Part shown: piece after piece, positions 1 to 12,867 of the stretch
Layout: every line of letters begins with the position of its first letter
How positions within the stretch are numbered: position 1 is the stretch's first letter
Origin: Chromera velia
Lineage: Eukaryota
Assembly (NCBI GenBank): GCA_018398765.1
Contig: JAHBMJ010000488.1
Span: forward strand, 1-64,000
DNA: 64,000 nucleotides
Reading direction: 5' to 3'
Notes under the pieces: model-generated
What the model was told of the DNA's origin: nothing
The model's input: the letters and a program-made list of their open reading frames with translations, nothing else
The model's database searches: none
Position numbers and translations under genes: made by a program

Positions 1-1651
1 CCCCCCCCCTCCCCCCCCCCCCCCTTTCTCTGTCTGTGTGTGTGTGACACTGTGTGTATGTGTGTGTGTGTGTCACAGTGTATGTATATCTGACAATCGG
101 TACTATATATACTTTTACACTCCTAGGCTAGCAATGCATGTATACTCAGATTGTCCTCTACCATTGAGACACGATGGCTGCCGGGCTTAGTCAACCTCAT
201 CATCATATGTATATGTATATATTCATTTAGAATCCCCCCCTACCGGGCCTACCCTCCCCTTAGATATGCATCAGAATGCGTGTGTGCATATTATTGTACA
301 TGTGTTATATGTATTACTATTTGTTAATGTAAATATTTGTATGTCATATCTTAGTTGGCTAGTATTGGCTCAAGCCTGAGTGGTGTGCTTACTGGCTTTA
401 ACCGGAATAATTAGGAATAATCATAAAATCAGAAAATATCAGTATGAATTGAAAAATAAAGTTATATAGGAGCTTATTGGAGGTAGTGATAGGCTGCGAG
501 GTTATAGGGTTTAAAACTGTGGAGGGATAGACATGCATTGTGGCATGATTGATTGGTTGATTGATTCAAAATATAAGTGAATAAATTGGTGAATATATGT
601 ATTAATATGTGAATACAGTAGGAGCTAGAGTGTACAAACTTACACAAACTTTATATTTTATCACTTTTGATATCTTCTATGCAATACGGCTAAATACAGT
701 GCAACAAGTGTAACACCGGCGGGAGAAGATCGAACTATAGTAGAGTGTAGGATACTTGCACTGCCGTACACCACCAGTGGTCTGCCACAGAGTCTGTCTG
801 TCTACTGTGGAGGCTGCTGGGAGGCATCAGGGGCCTGCATGAAAAAAAATTATATGGGATCGAAGTTCGCATGCAGCGCGCGGGCCGGGGCCGAGCTAGT
901 TCAATTGAATAGCCTGCGGATCGTGCGAGCCGCTGCGATCAAATGAATCGTCGCGTGAAGTTGCATATGTTGCATGCATGTTACGTATATATAAGCCCTG
1001 GCCCTTGAATTGTAACCATTCAACCACCTTTTGCATCGACTGATCTGTATGGATGAATCTGTATGGTTTTCTTTTTCATTTTTCAATTCTTTTTTTTTTT
1101 TTGTAAAAAAAAAATGGCCAGCTCCAGGTGGGGCCCCCTATCTGAAAGCGGTGTAAGCGCTCTCATTGCGCGCGCGCGCGTCGACGACAGACGTGCGACA
1201 ATGGCGCAAAATATAAGAGCAAAGGGTGGCATAGTTGTTTGTCTGTGTGCGAGTCAGTGGGTGTCGGCAGGTATTTGTCTGTAGGTACGTTAGGGTGATA
1301 CACGCCCATTTGGTCACAATTCAAGGGCCAGGGCATATATATACGTGCATGTATTTCAATGCGTGCCTGTGCTTGCCCGAGCTGCAACATGATTGCAAGA
1401 TGGCTTGAACATGCTGCAACATTCTGCAATCAGGTCGACAGATTTTATGAGAGGATCGGAATCATATATATTCGGAATCTCAGAAAGAATTGCTCAAAGC
1501 ATATTCCACCAGGAGCTGATCTATTCTTTTGCTCAATCAGCGTCAATCTGCCCCAAGCGCCGAAGAAACCCGAGGAGAGCCTCCGTCTATCTTGTCATCC
1601 GAGCCCCGTATCCGCCTCCTCCTTTCTTCCTCCTTCTGGCTTTCTGGCTCA

Positions 1652-2171
1652 ATGTCAACAGACCAGCCATTGAGGCAATTGATGATGGACCATTTGTTCG
1701 GTGGTCGCGAACCCGACGAAGAGACGATCTTGAGCGTTGTTGGTCTGGACGACTGGAAAGAAAACGGCGTGAGTTGAGTTTCCCTTCTCGAACTGTGAAA
1801 TCGACTTAGAAGAGCAGACGTACAACGAACGCGTCCAGTACTGTGTCCAGAACAGGATATGGCTCTACGGACGATTTCGTCACATTTACATTGTTGTCGT
1901 GGAAAAGAATAGCGACGAGGCGAAGCACGCTGCCGTGGGAACGATCGCAATCACCTTGTTCACACGAAATGGATTCCTCAATCGCTGGGAGTATTGCTAT
2001 ATGTTCGACATCCTGAGACAGCATCCTCTGTACATCTGCGACTTCGACGATTCCTACGACAGAACATACGCCTCGATTATGTTCAACGTGACGGAAGACA
2101 TGATCAAAGCAATCAACGAGCGACTGAAGGAGCGACGCGTCACGAGGGAGGAGACTCAAGTGCCCGTCTAG
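1652..2171 (+). CDS. Small hypothetical protein (~157 aa), probably 2 exons (1652-1768, 1818-2171); resembles a phage/NCLDV hypothetical family with GRFR...TRNG..NR...HP.Y..D.DD..D.TYA motifs
   Basis: ATG 1652 reads MSTDQPLRQLMMDHLFGGREPDEETILSVVGLDDWKENG. A GTGAGT donor at 1769 and a CAG ending 1817 join in frame to TYNERVQYCVQNRIWLYGRFRHIY...TRNGFLNRWEY...HPLYICDFDDSYDRTYASIMF...PV, stop TAG at 2169-2171. The family resemblance is from memory. Confidence 0.6.
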
Positions 2172-2499
2172 AGGGCGAGTCCAGAGAGCAGAGCGACACT
2201 CGAGCGCCGTAGCAAATCCATGCAGTGAAATTGAAGAGAGGGGCCAGGAACAATACACGCAGAGCAAGATGCCGCATGCATCGAGGATTCGGTCTGAACT
2301 GAGGGGTATCGATCCCGACTAAACGGAGAAACAAATTGCGCGGTCCCTGATAGGAACAGGAAGGAAGGACGCAAGCTCCTCCGTCTCAGTGTAAGATACT
2401 TACTCTTCACCAGACCACAATTAAGGAGGTCCACGAAATGTATTGACAGACCCGGAGTTTGCGCTGAGTGCTTTTTGCGATTATGAGCTGCTTGAATCT

Positions 2500-2738
2500 T
2501 GAAAAGTACTTCCTCCCTTTTCTTTCCTTCCTTTGTTCCAATCTTTTCTGTCCTGCTTTCTTTCTTTCTTTCTTCCTTCCTTCTTTTTTTTTTTCTTTTT
2601 TTCGGCTTTTCTTCTAGCTTTCGTTCCTTATTCCATCTTTTCTTCCTTCCTTCCTTCCTTCCTACCTTCCTTTCTTTCTTTCTTTCTTCCTTCCTTCCTG
2701 TCTTTTGTACTTCCTGCTTGCCTTCCTGCCTGCCTAAT

Positions 2739-2769
<31 letters not shown>

Positions 2770-3106
2770 GTCTGTCTGTACAATATAGTCTGTATGGCAG
2801 TTGGGGGGGCCTGGCTGCTGCTGCTGCTGTTGCTTCCTCGTAAGCGAAAGGAGAAGAAAAGAAACGAACACGTCCAGATGGAAAGAATGTGGAAGTGCAA
2901 AGGCGGAAGCCTGCACTGGGCAAGGAAAGGCCGCAGAGTACGCTTAAGGCCTGGAGCTCTGGTGCTTTTCCACTGAGAGTGCGCCGAAAAAAAAGGAATG
3001 AAAGGAAGGTTCCATCTGTCCGTTTGTCTATCCGCTTGCCTGTCGGTCTGTCTATCTGACTGTCTGTCTGTTCATGAAGAAAAGAAGGGAGAAGAAGAAA
3101 CATATA

Positions 3107-3142
<36 letters not shown>

Positions 3143-3199
3143 GTGTGAGAAGAAGAAAAGAAGGGAGAAGAAGAAACATATAGTCTGTGTCTCTGCGTG

Positions 3200-3233
<34 letters not shown>

Positions 3234-3295
3234 GGTGTCCCTGTCCCCGTGTGTGAGTGTATATGTGTGTGTAGTCGTGTGTGTGTGTGTGTGTG

Positions 3296-3357
<62 letters not shown>

Positions 3358-3382
3358 GGTGTGGGTGTGAGTGCGTGCGTGC

Positions 3383-3414
<32 letters not shown>

Positions 3415-3480
3415 ATGTGTGTGTGTGTCTGTGTGTTTCTGTGCGTGTTTGTGTATGCGTATGTGTGTGTGTCTGTATTT
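2500..3480. repeat. Compound microsatellite tract (TTCC/TTTC, CT, TCTG, TG)
   Basis: Directly visible; the ORFs here are low-complexity artefacts. Confidence 0.95.
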
Positions 3481-5083
3481 GTTTTGAAATTTGAAAGTAT
3501 GAATTGAATTGCATTGAATTCAATGTATGTGATTGCATGCATGGACTAAAATATATATAGCGGAAAGTTCATTCGAAACGAATCTTAAATTTTAAAATTA
3601 GTACCCAGAGAACACATATAAATTGACACTACTACTAGTAGTAGGCATGCTAGGTTGCATGGAAGTGATAGTGATTTAATTTGAAAATAGTCAGCAAGTC
3701 CGATGCGAGTATGCACTTTTCCTGAATGCCGGACATCGAACGCTCGGGATTGGGACAGGAGGTCAATCCTTCAGACATTAATCGTAGTATTATCGTACCC
3801 TATCTTATCCTCTGTTATACCTACTAGTTTAAAATAATTATTACTACTTGAGAGTTTCATATCAATCACTTAAATATATGCATTCAATTGAAGATCTCTA
3901 CGATTTTTAGGAAAATCTAGTCAAAACTTTTGTCAAATTCAAAAGAAAATTAAAAAGAATTTAACCTAGAAATTGGCTAGGATTTAGTAAAAGTTAGAAT
4001 ATTCTAAAAAAATTGCTGCACTTCTTTTACTTCTAGCTAGACTTCTACTTCTACTATCTCATTAAATTTGCAATTTTATGTTCCGGGAATCCCCGGCGTT
4101 CACCGTCAGACAAACTTCGATCTAAGCTATCTAATGTCTTTACTAAATCATACAATCTTTGCTAATTATATAAGTGTATCTTAAAACAACAGACTGAGTG
4201 TCACACCCACCGACCCTGCCATGCACCAATGAAGCAACCTAAAGGTCCCACGAAAGAGGGCAGACTGCTCAGACTGGCGCAATCACAAAGATAGGGACGA
4301 CGAGGTGGCATGCACTAACTGTTGTCGAAGCGAGAGAAACACCTCACCGACGGAGCGGGAAGGAGGGTGGCGCGAGGAAACGATTGCAGATTGCCCCATC
4401 TTTCTTTCATGAGGCATGCATGAGAGGAAGGTGGGTCTCTGGTGTGTTGCTGTATGTTGTGATCGATGCTTCGATGAAGTTTCTCTCAACCACTTTGAAT
4501 GTTCTCATTTCAATTTTCGCGAGTGCTCACTGAAGAATTCAGCGTGACAATGTATCTCTTTAAAGCTGCTATGCATGCATGCATACATTCATGTGCAAGC
4601 GCGTACAAGAAAGACATTTCTTCTCTTGAAATCAAGACCACCCCCAAAAAAACCCGTGCATGAGAAAGTGCCAGACAGGCAATGTGTTGTGTGCATGATG
4701 AAATGACGGAGGAGAGATGCGAATCCGCTCTAAGTTCCTTTTGATGTGTGCAGCCAGCCAGCGTCCTTCAGTCCCCTCACTCCCAGCAAATCGTTCTGGC
4801 TGCTGCTTCTTGGCTCTTTCCTTCTTCTCTTCTTTCTCGCTGAAAGTGGGCAACACTGAGAGGCAGTGTCCCACTCCCTCCCGCCTCGCCCCCCCCCGCC
4901 CAAAAGATCCAAAAAGACTCAGGCAGGAAAGAAAGGCGGCAGGGACGCCCTCCCCGACCCGAGTGGAGGAGCCCTCTCTTCTCTCTTCCCTTCTGCTCCC
5001 TCTTTTCTTCTGTGCTCCCTCCTGCAAGTCCACGACCGAAGATCTTTGCATGGTCAGGGCTCACTGCAGATACAACACGCACC

Positions 5084-5126
<43 letters not shown>

Positions 5127-5629
5127 ACTGACTGACACGCATGTAATGAATCTCGAACAGTCTCTCTCACAGACACTTACCCGCCTCACATCCTGACTCA
5201 CTCTCTCTCTCTCACACACACCACCTATGCATGTGCAGGCACACAACGCGCAGGTGTCAATGAGAACCCTCAGAAGAAAAAACGGCTTTTTCAGTCAATG
5301 GAAGTCTTTCCTCGTTCCTGTTTTCTCTGATCTTGAGGGAAGCGAAAGAAAGCAACAAACGCAAAAGGGTCCCATTGCTACACCAAATCGGAGAGAGGAG
5401 AGAAAAACCAAAGCGAAGCAGCACCGAAAAGAGAACCCCCCCCCCCCATGCACCCACAGACCCTCATGCCCCTGCAGCCATGCATTTACTTCCATACAGA
5501 CCCACAGAAAGTAAATGCATGCACCCACAGGCCCACCGACCCTCATGCCCCTGCAGCCATGCATTTACTTCCATACAGACCCACAGACCCACAGAAAGTA
5601 AATGCATGCACCCACAGACCCACCGACCC

Positions 5630-8600
5630 TCATGCCCCTGCAGCCAGGATCTGGTCGATCTCGGGAGTCGTGATTGCGTATGGGAGGACGCCGAGGGACT
5701 TTGTCCAGGAGATGGTCTGCTCAACGATGGACTCCTTGGGGGAGAGGAGCTGCTGGACGAGCATACCGAGGAACCTGCACACACAGACAGACAGACAGAC
5801 AGGGGAAAACGAGAAGAGGTCCTCGCTTTGTCACACGTGCCTAGCTGCACTTCTTTCCTTTTCTGTACACGTATTCACGCCTTCACTCCTGGAGAAGGAC
5901 AAACGAGTCCGTTCACGAACAAGCCACCGACGAGCTGAGGGACTTATGTCAACAGACGGGGAAAAAAGGGATTCAAGTAATGGATGGATTGATAAGTTCG
6001 CATGACTCTCTGTCTCTCTGCCTCCTTCTCCAACCCTTTCCCCACGCCCTTTCTCTCATTCCATCTCGACTGTGTCAACATGGACAAAAACAGAGACTTG
6101 CACATAAACAGACAGGCCAAAAAGTAGATGCCAGAAAGAGAAAGAGAAAAGGAATGGGAGGGCATCCGAAGATCCGAGGAATGGCGATAAGCCAATATGC
6201 GTGTGTGTAAGAGCGAGAGAAAGAGAAACTCGGAGACAGGGAATCAACAGACAAATGAAAAAAGGAAACAAACATCGACTCACATGAACATTGCGAGACG
6301 GCCGTGCTCCAGCTCAGACTTCTCCCACCTGCAACACGAACGGGCACGCGCGCACACACATACACACACACACAGAGAGAGAGAGGAAAGAAAAAGAGGT
6401 ACACAGAAAGAAAAAGGGTAAGAGGGAGACGGGATAGAGGGAAGACTAAGGGGAGCGCAAGGGATGAGGGACAGAGAAAGAAGACAACAAAATTCGAAGT
6501 GCGTGTACAACCCGACAAGAGCAGACGAACGAGAAAAAAAACCGAAGGCAAAGGGAACACGCAACGACTGGGAGGGGTCCCGAAAGTCCTTCGTCGACAA
6601 GACCGACGACGTCCAGACATCCACAGAGAGAGCTCTTACGTCCTTCCTTTTTCTTCTCCTTTTACCGTACTCACAGACTGACACGCACACACCCAACAAA
6701 CGGACGCGCACAAGGAGGAAGGGAGGGAGGGCACAGGGGCGGGGAGACTGCTTAAACAAACACAAAAACTGACTGACTGACTGACTGGGGTCTGATTCCG
6801 TTTTTGGAGAGGCCGAGAGGATCGAAGCCTCTGTCCCCGGGGATGCGTCCCTCGTAGTCCTTATTCTTGAACTCCCACCATCCTGCACACACACACACAC
6901 ACAGAGAGAGACAGAGAGAGAATGCGAGAGAGGCAAGCGCAGGAGAGTATAGGTATAGAGGAGTGAGTGCGTGTTCTCGGAAAGAGGAAGAAAGCTGTCG
7001 TATTCCATTAACATGTCTAGGCACAGACACAGAACGAGCAGGGCCCACCGCCGCGCCGCAGGTTCCTTTAGGTGTATGTTGTTTTTCTTTTTTCTGTCCC
7101 TTTCATTTTGAAAGAGGAAACGAAGAATGATATTCGACGAAACTAGGCGATGTCTTCTGCCTGTCCACTTCTTTTCTTCATTCCTTCAGGATTTGCCCTT
7201 TTTTTTTTTTTTTCTCATCACAATTCTGACGTCCCTGAATCCTTCCACGCCCCTCGTAGGATTCAATCATGACATTTGGGAATCGAGTAAGTGATGAAGG
7301 TTGCCTCTCTGTCTGACTCCCTGCCCGATTGGCCCCCTGCCTGCCTCCCTCTTCTTTCTTTTCTCTTCTGACTTACCGATAGCAGCGAAGATCTGGAAGA
7401 TCCCCAGAGGGGGTGCTGTGAAGAGAGCGTCCAAAAAGTTCTTCGATGGGAAGTTCTCCGAGTCCCACCGGTATGTGCTCTGCATTCATTCATTCATTCA
7501 TTCATTCGTCCACTCATTCATTCGTTCATTCAAGCGGTGGGACCGGAAGGCCAGATCGGGTACAGCCGTAGATTATTCACGTGATTGAGCCTCCTGGAAG
7601 GCAGGGTTCTTTTGAGTCATTCGTCCATTCATTCATTCATTCCGGTAGAGTCCAGTTCAGACAGCCCGACGGAGATGTAGAGAAGGTTAAGGAGAACAGA
7701 GTTGAATGAGAAGAAAACGCAACACAAGAAGATCGAGAAAAGACTGGGAGAGCAAGAAAAACAAGAAAAGAGGAGACAGAAAGGAGAATGGAGGCAAGAA
7801 TGCCCCCCTAGGAGCATACAAAAAGAACCCGAAACGAAAAGAGAATTCCAAAAGTCATCCAAAGTGGCACCACGGAGAAATAGACTAATCAAGTTTCACA
7901 CTCCACGTCATGTAGAATCACAAATCTACGCCAACACACTCAACCATCAGAACACACAAAACACACACATGACAGACAGACCTGCACAAGAACGCCCAAA
8001 GTTGCCAACATCGCCAGCCTCCCGTGTCTCAACTCAGCCTCACGGAGTTGCACTATGTCCCCGCCCTCAGCCAAGTTCAGGGGGTCCCATCTGATGGTTC
8101 AATGAAGAGAGAGAAGAAACAGGAAGGAAAGAGGAGAGGTGTGGATGGTGTCTTCTTTCTTTGCACACACATAGAGATAGATGAAGCCCCACTCGCCCGC
8201 CCAGTCTCTCTCAAGAATCGTCATTGCATACGCATCCACCGAATCCAGGATCACAAAATCCTTCGCTCAACCTGTCCTTCTATCTTCCTCAAATACTTTC
8301 AGTCAGCTAAGTGCGTCTGTGTGTGCTCTGAGCCCCTCCCCCAGCCACCCTTTCTCCTTTCACACTCCTCCCTCCATTGTTTTCCATCGTTTCTTCATCC
8401 CTGCCTCCGCCAACCAACCACGCAGAGGGGAAAAGACCGAAAAAAAGACCGAACCGGTCCTCTGCTTCCTCTCGACGACGTGCCTCTTTCCTCTTTCGAG
8501 ATTCCTCCAAACAAGTAAGCAAGCAAGCAAAACTCCATCCTCCCTGCTCCCCTTCCTCCATTGCTGTCTTCCCTCCCTCTCTGCATTTTGAAAGGCCGTT

Positions 8601-9990
8601 GCGTCACGTCTCCGTTCCTCTCCTTCCCTCCCGCCCCTGCCCCTGCTCCCTTCCACTGAAACCTTACACCCCCAGCCCAACCCAACCCAACCAACTCTCT
8701 TGCTTAAGCAACCAGTTTCTGCCTCCCACCTCCAGCTGCTTAGAGCCCCATTCTTTTCTTTTCTCTTCTCTCTTTTGGAGTTTCCGAAAGACACAGAGAC
8801 AGAAACACACAGACCGACAAAGTCTTCCTCTGCCCGTTTGAAGTCTTCCTCTGCCCTCTCAAACGGGCAGAGAAAAAAAAAAGAATCCGAGCGATCGGAA
8901 GAAAGACTCAAAGAGAAACGCAGGAGACATGCAGGGAAAAGGGAAACAATTGATCGACGGACAGCCACAAGATAGAACCATCCGCTTCAATCCTTCCGAA
9001 ACCTCACCACTGCACCCCTCTGGCCGCAACCATGCACACATACATACACATACAGATACACGCATCCATGCCTGCGTCCTCCTCCTCCCACTGACCCCAA
9101 ATCTCCTGCAAGGTCCCCTCCAAAAAGCTGGTAGGGGGCGTCGAGGGGCCGGCCGTCGACGTCCGCACTGTCGGGGTAGGGCACGACCCCTGCGTTCTGT
9201 GACATGGCCTTTTTGTACTCCTCCACTCTCTGAGCAAAAATCCTCTCCTCTCTTGCGTTGAAGTCGATCTCTGCCTGGGTCAACCCGGCGTTGAGGGAAG
9301 AGACGGCCTGAGCCTTCTGACCCTGAACGTTCGGATAAACAGGAGCCAATGAGAATATGCAAACCAGGGGGGGAAGCGCAGAAGACTCCCACGCCCAAAT
9401 GTCGGTGAAGGCAGAAGACGGCAGCAGCTTTGGCCACAATAAAGTGCAGAAAGCGGGGAGGCAGGGGGGGGGGATCAACCGGTGGATGGAGGCTCAAGGG
9501 AGCAGAGGGGTTCAAAGAGGAGGTTGAGGAAAGGGGACGACCTGACAGGCCCCGGAACGCGTCAGACTCCCTTCTCGACTCCGTGACCTACTGTGGGGCC
9601 TCTGTCCTCAACCCTTTCTTTCCTTTCTTCACCTTCTTTAATCAGAATAGAGAAAGCCTCAACCGTCTTTCTTCTGTTCCACCCCTGCCACGATATTTCA
9701 GGTCTTTAGCGCACGCATTTAGGCCGATGAAAGTGCTTGCATTATGTGTTTGCACGGCAGGCGGGAAAGGAGACAGAAAGCAAATGAAGCAGACAGAGGA
9801 AATCGATTCTATACGGAAGCCTACAATGGTGGCATGGAGAAAGGTGAGCTTTGATGGGGCGTGTGAAAAAGAATCTGTAGGAGCCAACGGTTGCAGGACA
9901 GAAGGGCCAACCGACCTGAGGAGCCACAGAGCGGAGCTGGAAGGCGGCAGACTGCGCCGAAAGAGCAGCGAAGCAAAGAGCAGCCTTCAT
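5630..9990 (-). CDS. Light-harvesting complex (chlorophyll-binding) protein, probably red-lineage Lhcr-like; 7 exons, bipartite plastid-targeting presequence
   Basis: Exons read MKAALCFAALSAQSAAFQLRSVAPQ | GQKAQ...FGGDLAGDLG | WDPLNLAEGGDIVQLREAELRHGRLAMLATLGVLVQ | STYRW...QIFAAIG | WWEFKNKDYEGRIPGDRGFDPLGL... | WEKSELEHGRLAMFM | FLGMLVQQ...AAGA, TGA at 5630-5632. It has two ELxHGRLAM helices, GD.G.DPL motifs and GT-AG introns. Confidence 0.93.
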
Positions 9991-10798
9991 GTTTTCTTTC
10001 TTCTTTTTCTGTCTGATTGTCCCTCTGATTCTTCAGACAGTCGACCTCTGACCTTCCAGGTGCTCTGTTAAGCAAACTAAACACATGCATAAACGGGGTG
10101 GCTCTCCGCAAGTCGCCTAGCTTCTCCTCAAACGAAATCCGAGAAGGCCTCTCTCTTCGTTTTGCTGTCAGACTTGTGCCGTCTCCGCGGGCCCTTGCAC
10201 CGTTTGTCGCGGCCAAGGGACCCCGGCAAAGGCCCTGAGCGATAGACCCCGCGCGCAATCCGATGGGTCCCGAAAGGCAAAAGTTCCCGCACTTGGCTCC
10301 GGTTTGTCCGACTTTGTTCCTAAACGTATTGTCCGGGGGCCACGGCAAGCATATTTTTTCACCCCTGTGGCTCCCCCAAACATATTCTTCACGTGGGATG
10401 CCGGGGCCCTTGCATGGTCGAGGTTCCTTCAATTAAGCAGGAAAATGGGCCCACCCCGCGTCGGATTGAAGAAGGGTCCTGCCAGCCTGCATGTGCCATG
10501 GGCGACGATCCTTCCTCCAGCTTGCATGCTCTTGTGCAACTCATATGCCAGCTTCGCTTCGATCACACAATCGAACATTGTCCCGATTGGAACAAGTGCG
10601 TTCGAAACTCATGCATGGAGAGGTCTCTTCATGCTTGTATGGAAGAAGTTCGTGTTTGTGGTTTGATCTGTCTGTTCTCTGCGATAGGCATCATGTGTGC
10701 ATCAGACTGTCAGACTGTTTCTCCGGCCCTCTGGCTCCATGGCTCGTAGATCAGAACAAAACTGATCGGATTGTTTCTTGTTCCACAAGTGACTCAAC

Positions 10799-12259
10799 AT
10801 GACGGTCCGTGAAACTATGCCATTTCGTCGTTTTATCTTTTGCAGCATGACTTTGTCTTTCGCATAGCCACACCTGGCCGCATCGACACCACCTACCTTC
10901 TGTATATGCTTGCAGGACATAGCGCAGAAGCTGGTCGAGAAGGCGCGCACGGGCAAGCAGAAAGAGTGCGAAGATCTCCTGAAGCAGCAGGCGGATGTGC
11001 TCTTCGCAGAACCTCCGGTGAGAAGTGAGGGAGGCCTACATGTGCATGTGTGTGTATGTATGTGATCTCTCCAGAAAAAATGACTGACCTTTACACTCGC
11101 ATGCTGGTCTTCCTCCTTTGCCCCTGCCCAGCCCTGCGCATCTTCACTTTGGTTTTCCTGCGCAGAATGTGGCGTCCAACGGACTCCTTTCGGAAAGGAA
11201 TGCTTCACCGTGAGATGAAACAAAACAGAGCAACATAGGAAGAACAAGAAGAGAGCAGGAGAAGTCTTTTCACCTGGTGATTTGATTTGAGCCCGAGTAC
11301 GAGAGCGACAGCGACCAGCTTCTTCTCTTTGTTGTCTGGTTACCTGTGTACACATAAGTATATCAATGCTCCTATTCACACGTCTGTATGACAGAGACAC
11401 TGCTCTGCAGCGATGACATACTGATTGTTAAGTGCGTTGGCAAGAAAAGTCACGACCAAAATAAAAGAGAAGGATCGAGTGAAACGGAATGGAAAGGACA
11501 GATGACTGCAGTACGAAAAGTCCATGCGATGAAGCCCCAATCTCTCTCTCTCTCTCTCTCTCTCTCGTGTGAGTGAATGACTTAATCAATGAATGAATGA
11601 ATGAATGAATGAATAAATGAAAATGCACATGACTGAATGACTGAGTGACTGCAGTACGAGAGATCCGCTCTCTGGCACGCCGCGTGGAAGGGCTTCGAGA
11701 GCGTCTGCAGACTTCTGATCGACAAGGGGTCAAATGTCAGCCACAAGCTTCTTTCTCTCTCTGTGTGTCTGTCTCTGTGTGGGGGGATGGGTTGAAGGGG
11801 GGTGTCTGCATGCACGCTCGGCTACCGAACAACACAGGGGTGAACATGACTGAAAAGATTTAGAAAGAAGGAGAACAAAATGGTTGACCAAGTGCTTAAT
11901 AAATGCATGCGGCTATGGGTGTTCGTGATTTGCAAAGTCCCCCCGGGTAATCCACCAAAACCGCGATGGAGAGACAGCAGGAGCAAACACAAAGAAGAAA
12001 ACACGCACACAAAAGAAAATGACATGCACACACATGCAACGACACAATCAATCACTTGCAGGTGAACCACAAAGACCGAGAAGGAAGAACGGCCTTGCAT
12101 GAGGCTGCCTTCTACGGCCGCATCAACATCGCCACTCTGTTGCTGGACAGGGGCGCAGACATCAACATCAAGGACAAAGTACGTCAGTGAGTCAGTGAGG
12201 GAGGGAGCGCCTCGGTTTGTTTGACACTTCACTCTTTCTGTGTCTCGCTCTTTCTCTCC

Positions 12260-12298
<39 letters not shown>

Positions 12299-12318
12299 CC
12301 TCCTGGTGCTTCTGCATG

Positions 12319-12370
<52 letters not shown>

Positions 12371-12831
12371 GGAGAGAGCGACAGAGATCTCATTGTGAAG
12401 CAGGCGTCGATCCGTTTTTCTGCCTGCCTGCCCGCCTGCCCGATTGACTAACTGCAGAAAGGACGCACTCCGATCTTCCGGGCAGTCGAGGGCAAACGCA
12501 CAGAGGTCGGCAGAGAGAGAGCCTTTTGCCATGAGTCTCTATTCCTGTCTTTCTCTGTCCGTCTCTGTCTCTGTGTGTGTGTCCTCCCCCACCTTGGCTT
12601 CTTGTCTTCTTTTTATGACTAGAGGAGAGTTGGTGAGGGAGAGGGGGTATTCAAAGCTCCCGTATTTCATTATCTTTTCTTTTCTCTTCTCTTCTCTTCT
12701 CTTCTCTTCTCTTTGTGTGCATGCATATACACATGAATGAAAGCAGATGGTCCACTTCCTCATGGGCAGGGGCTGCGAGATGAACTTCGTTTGCCAAGAT
12801 CCGGTCAGTCAGTCAGCCAGTCAGTCAGTGA

Positions 12832-12867
<36 letters not shown>

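Noticed and set aside
2168..3542. Long ORFs (up to 456 aa) across the microsatellite tract
   Set aside because: They are translations of simple repeats (HT, RE, SF, CV runs).
5447..5647. Repeat-spacer appearance suggesting a CRISPR array
   Set aside because: The spacers are near-identical, the repeat is host exon sequence, the context is eukaryotic and there are no cas genes.
8820..8857. Tandem AAGTCTTCCTCTGCCC duplication in an LHC intron
   Set aside because: An ordinary slippage duplication, not at a junction and with no hairpin.
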